DNA of 64,000 bases from contig JACVGT010000001.1 in the NCBI GenBank assembly GCA_018992685.1, positions 1-64,000 of the forward strand, given 5' to 3'. The position numbers were made by a program, and so were the translations under genes. The DNA is from Theionarchaea archaeon (lineage in GTDB: Archaea; Methanobacteriota_B; Thermococci; Methanofastidiosales; SZ-28-30). The notes beneath the pieces were generated by a model. The model saw only the letters and a program-made list of their open reading frames with translations. It made no database searches and was not told the DNA's origin. Of this stretch, positions 60,696-64,000 are shown piece by piece (position 1 is the stretch's first letter; the number at the start of each line of letters is the position of its first letter).

Positions 60696-61473
60696 GTGGA
60701 ACCCTCCTAAGTAGCTGGAGTTCCCTTTCTCTTATAAAGCTTTGTTCTATAGAAGTACTTCTGATTCTAAGGGAATGCTTTGAAGAAGTGGCTTGTCAGT
60801 CTGCTAGCCCAATAATCCTGCGCAAGGGAATTTTCTCTGGGAGATGAACCCGCACCTTACTGCAAAGCAGCTGGCCTCCTGGAAGAGGGTATATTCGGGT
60901 CTTTTGTATTCCATGCTGCTTTTTGGTTCTCGAAGAATCTCTCGTATGCTTGAATCGTTTGTTGCAGGAGATGAAGGCTTCATTATTGCCATCAATGTCA
61001 CGAGGATGAAACCTACAGAGAAGTGTGTAGATGCGAAACCAGGATTTCATGAAGTGTCAGTTATTCGAAATGTGATCAATGCTTTCTTTTGTGTGGGGTG
61101 TGCATACAGGGCTTTCATAGGGGTGATCATCTGCGAGATGGGGTATTTTCTCTTTGCGAATAAAAGGTTTTCGTCGACAACTATCCCGGAACTGGATAGT
61201 CATTCCTCCTGCTCTCTTGTTGATGGTTTCTTTTGTGGAGACATTCACGTTAGATATTCTGTTCAGGCCGTTGAATTGCTGAAGTAAAGTGTGTGATGAC
61301 TTTTCATATGTCGGCTACCTGATAGGAAGATTTTTTTTGGAAGGTGTGAGTTCATGGTATACATTGTAGTGATTCAGGTTGACCCTTCACCATGTGAGGG
61401 AGATGCAACGGGTACCATACCACAACCAGAAACATTTTAAAGAGCAGTCTCTCAGTCCACCTGGTGATCATCA

Positions 61474-63213
61474 ATGAAAGAACTGCTCATGGGAAATGAA
61501 GCAATTGCCAGAGGCGCTGTTGAAGCTGGCGTGAAAGTCGTTGCAGCGTATCCTGGCACTCCTTCCTCTGAAATTCCCAACACCATCTCAAAGATAGCCA
61601 AAAAGCATGGCATCTACTTTGAATGGTCTACTAATGAAAAAGTCGCATACGAAGTTGCCTTTGCAGGGGCTTTAACAGGACTGCGTTCCATGGTGACCAT
61701 GAAGCACGTTGGGCTGAATGTAGCCTCAGATGCGTTTATGGCTTCTGCGCAAGTGGGTGTAGAAGGAGGATACGTGGTCGTTTCTGCAGATGATCCTTCT
61801 TTACATTCTTCCCAGAATGAACAGGATAACAGGTACTATGCCCGACTGGCCAATATCCCCTGTATTGAGCCTGTTTCCCCACAAGAAGCCAAAGATTATA
61901 CTATTAAGGCATTTGAAATCAGCGAACAATACAAGATCCCTGTCATGTTGAGGACAACCACCAGGGTCAACCATACTCGAGGTGACGTAGAACTGGGTGA
62001 CATCCTTTCACTGGGGCGCACTCCGGAGTTTGAGAAGAATCCCCGCCGTTACGTTACTGTCCCCACTAATGCACGAGTCTTGAGAGAGAACATCATCAAG
62101 AAGATGGACTCGCTCAAATCAGACCTGGATACTGTAGAAGGAAAGGGGTCTTTAGGAGTCATTGCTTCAGGGATTGCCTACAACTACGTGAAAGAGACAC
62201 TCATGCTACTCGACATTGAAGCAGAGATTTACAAGGTTGCGGTCACTCATCCTCTCAGCAGTGCTATCATCGACTTTCTCAACCGGCATGATGAAGTCAT
62301 TGTGGTAGAGGAACTCGAACCCATCGTAGAGACAGATGTACGTTTCATGGCTCAGAGAGAGAACATACCAGTGACGATCTATGGAAAAGACATTGTCCCC
62401 AGGGCCTTCGAGTTAAATACTACCAGAGTGGCCAATGCTTTCAGGCAATACAAGAACCTTCCTTTGGAAGAAGTCCAGGAATTTGGCATACCCGCGCGAC
62501 CTCCTATTCTATGTCCAGGGTGTCCTCACCGAGCTTCTTTCTATGCCATCAGAAAAGCAGCTCCCAAAGGTATCTATCCCTCTGGGATCGGGTGTTACAC
62601 ATTGGGATTTGTTCCTCCTCTCGGCGCTGTAGACACCTGCTTCTGTATGGGTGCTTCCATTGGGGTTTCCTGCGGATTGTCTGAATTTGTCTCCGATCCC
62701 ATCATCTGTACCATCGGAGATTCCAGTTTCTTTCATGCAGGTATCCCTCCCTTGCTGGATGCCGTGTATAACCAGCACAGGTTTGTGGTAGTGATCCTGG
62801 ACAATGAAACCACTGCCATGACAGGCCATCAACCCCACCCGGGAACAGGTGTCACTGGCATGGGAGATAGCGTGACTAAGATCTACCCAGAGAGACTCAC
62901 TGAAGCGATGGGTATCACCACAGAGGTGGTGGATCCGCATGACGTCAAGAAGACCATTGACGTGCTCAAAGAGGCGGTTGCATCTAAGGAATTGCGCGTA
63001 GTCATTGCACGCAGACCGTGTATTTTCCTGGAGAGTGCAGAAAGAAACCCTCCATACACAGTCACAGATGAGTGCACAGGATGTAAATTATGTCTGAATC
63101 AGCTGGGATGTCCCGCCATGGACATGGTGGAAGGAAAAGCAGTCATTAATGAGTTATGCAATGGATGCGGCGTTTGTGCCCAGATTTGTCCTGCAAAAGC
63201 TATTACGGGGTGA
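61474..63213 (+). CDS. iorA: indolepyruvate:ferredoxin oxidoreductase alpha subunit
   Basis: GNEAIARGA, YPGTPSSE, MKHVGLN, LCPGCPHR, GDSSF and a C-terminal ferredoxin. Confidence 0.95.
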   Translation: MKELLMGNEAIARGAVEAGVKVVAAYPGTPSSEIPNTISKIAKKHGIYFEWSTNEKVAYEVAFAGALTGLRSMVTMKHVGLNVASDAFMASAQVGVEGGYVVVSADDPSLHSSQNEQDNRYYARLANIPCIEPVSPQEAKDYTIKAFEISEQYKIPVMLRTTTRVNHTRGDVELGDILSLGRTPEFEKNPRRYVTVPTNARVLRENIIKKMDSLKSDLDTVEGKGSLGVIASGIAYNYVKETLMLLDIEAEIYKVAVTHPLSSAIIDFLNRHDEVIVVEELEPIVETDVRFMAQRENIPVTIYGKDIVPRAFELNTTRVANAFRQYKNLPLEEVQEFGIPARPPILCPGCPHRASFYAIRKAAPKGIYPSGIGCYTLGFVPPLGAVDTCFCMGASIGVSCGLSEFVSDPIICTIGDSSFFHAGIPPLLDAVYNQHRFVVVILDNETTAMTGHQPHPGTGVTGMGDSVTKIYPERLTEAMGITTEVVDPHDVKKTIDVLKEAVASKELRVVIARRPCIFLESAERNPPYTVTDECTGCKLCLNQLGCPAMDMVEGKAVINELCNGCGVCAQICPAKAITG

Positions 63214-63217
63214 TCAG

Positions 63218-63775
63218 ATGAAATATGACATTGTATTGGGTGGTGTTGGGGGCCAAGGCATCTTGCTGGCCTCCCAGGTTGTGGCTCAGGCAGCTATGAA
63301 GAAAGGGTTGAAGGTGATGATGGCGGAAACCCATGGAATGGCCCAGAGAGGGGGGTCAGTGATTTCCCACGTCAGACTGGGTGATATCTACGGTGCACTG
63401 GTCCCTGAAGGTCATGCTGATCTGGTGGTGGGATTTGAGTTCATGGAGGCATTCAGGCAGCTGAAATTCCTGGCAAAGGGAAAGAAGTTGATTATAAACA
63501 CTCACAGAATAAAACCTGTAACACTGGAGACATACCCCGAGATGGATTACGATCTCAGTGACTATGATGTGTTGAAGCTTGATGCTTCAAGAATTGCTTT
63601 CAGGCTGGGAAATGCTATTGTAACCAACATGGTCATTCTGGGTGCCATGTCTGAGTTTGCTGAACTCCCTGCTTCGAAGGCAGAGATGCAGGATGCAATC
63701 CGAGAAAGTGTGCCCCCCAGATTTGCCGAGATTGACTTGAAGGCTTTTGAAGAAGGTGTTAAGGCAGCGCAATAA
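63218..63775 (+). CDS. iorB: indolepyruvate:ferredoxin oxidoreductase beta subunit
   Basis: GVGGQG and ETHGMAQRGGSV. Confidence 0.95.
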   Translation: MKYDIVLGGVGGQGILLASQVVAQAAMKKGLKVMMAETHGMAQRGGSVISHVRLGDIYGALVPEGHADLVVGFEFMEAFRQLKFLAKGKKLIINTHRIKPVTLETYPEMDYDLSDYDVLKLDASRIAFRLGNAIVTNMVILGAMSEFAELPASKAEMQDAIRESVPPRFAEIDLKAFEEGVKAAQ

Positions 63776-64000
63776 CACTTTCCCCCGCCTTCACCTGATC
63801 TCCTTCCTCCGCTGTAATCTGGAATTGCTGAGACAGAATAATGACGACCTGAGAACCGAGTACAATTCTCCCTATCCTTTCCCCTTTCTCGATGCAATCC
63901 CCCTCCTTCACAAAACACTGGATTCTCCTCACGAATTTCCCTGCAATCTGGATGACAATCATCCGGGTTTTCTCCCCATTATCTATGACAACAATATTCC
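63759..64000 (-). CDS. psd: phosphatidylserine/archaetidylserine decarboxylase, 3' part (runs off the window)
   Basis: QIAGKFVRRI..GERIGRIVLGSQV (GS autocleavage motif)..VKAGES. Confidence 0.85.
   Translation of the reverse strand, partial: NIVVIDNGEKTRMIVIQIAGKFVRRIQCFVKEGDCIEKGERIGRIVLGSQVVIILSQQFQITAEEGDQVKAGESVIALP

Noticed and set aside
60796-61287. ORFs between the B12 rSAM and iorA as genes or a further precursor
   Set aside because: Overlapping ORFs on both strands with no motifs or convincing expression signals.

Overview
Archaeal chromosomal window: archaeal-type ribosomal proteins, TATA/BRE promoters, GGAGGTGA-type RBSs and a C1-G72 tRNA-Tyr. A Thermococci/Theionarchaea-like lineage is my guess, not shown by the sequence. 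Layout: (1) 1-13.6 kb mixed housekeeping genes, including a tusA-dsrE-iscS-iscU operon whose IscS lacks the PLP Schiff-base lysine. (2) 13.8-29.2 kb L3-to-secY ribosomal superoperon ending in cbf5 and tRNA-Ser(GGA). (3) 29.2-47.6 kb accessory island with a broken tyrosine integrase, a ~1,890-aa Rhs toxin with a candidate immunity gene, a methyltransferase, an MBL hydrolase, a radical SAM/SPASM enzyme with an unannotated 31-aa peptide gene, a serine hydrolase and a gingipain-like C25 protease with Ig repeats. (4) S13-S4-S11-rpoD. (5) A short AFOR module and tRNA-Tyr. (6) 54.5-60.7 kb, the strongest novelty candidate: a RiPP-like cluster made of an unannotated 36-aa WxxP/CxCxC precursor, a prenyltransferase/squalene-cyclase-repeat protein, a rSAM-SPASM enzyme, a PqqD/RRE and a rSAM-PP-loop fusion, next to a convergent B12-dependent rSAM. 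(7) iorAB and a partial phosphatidylserine decarboxylase. All calls are by-eye motif recognition; no searches were run.
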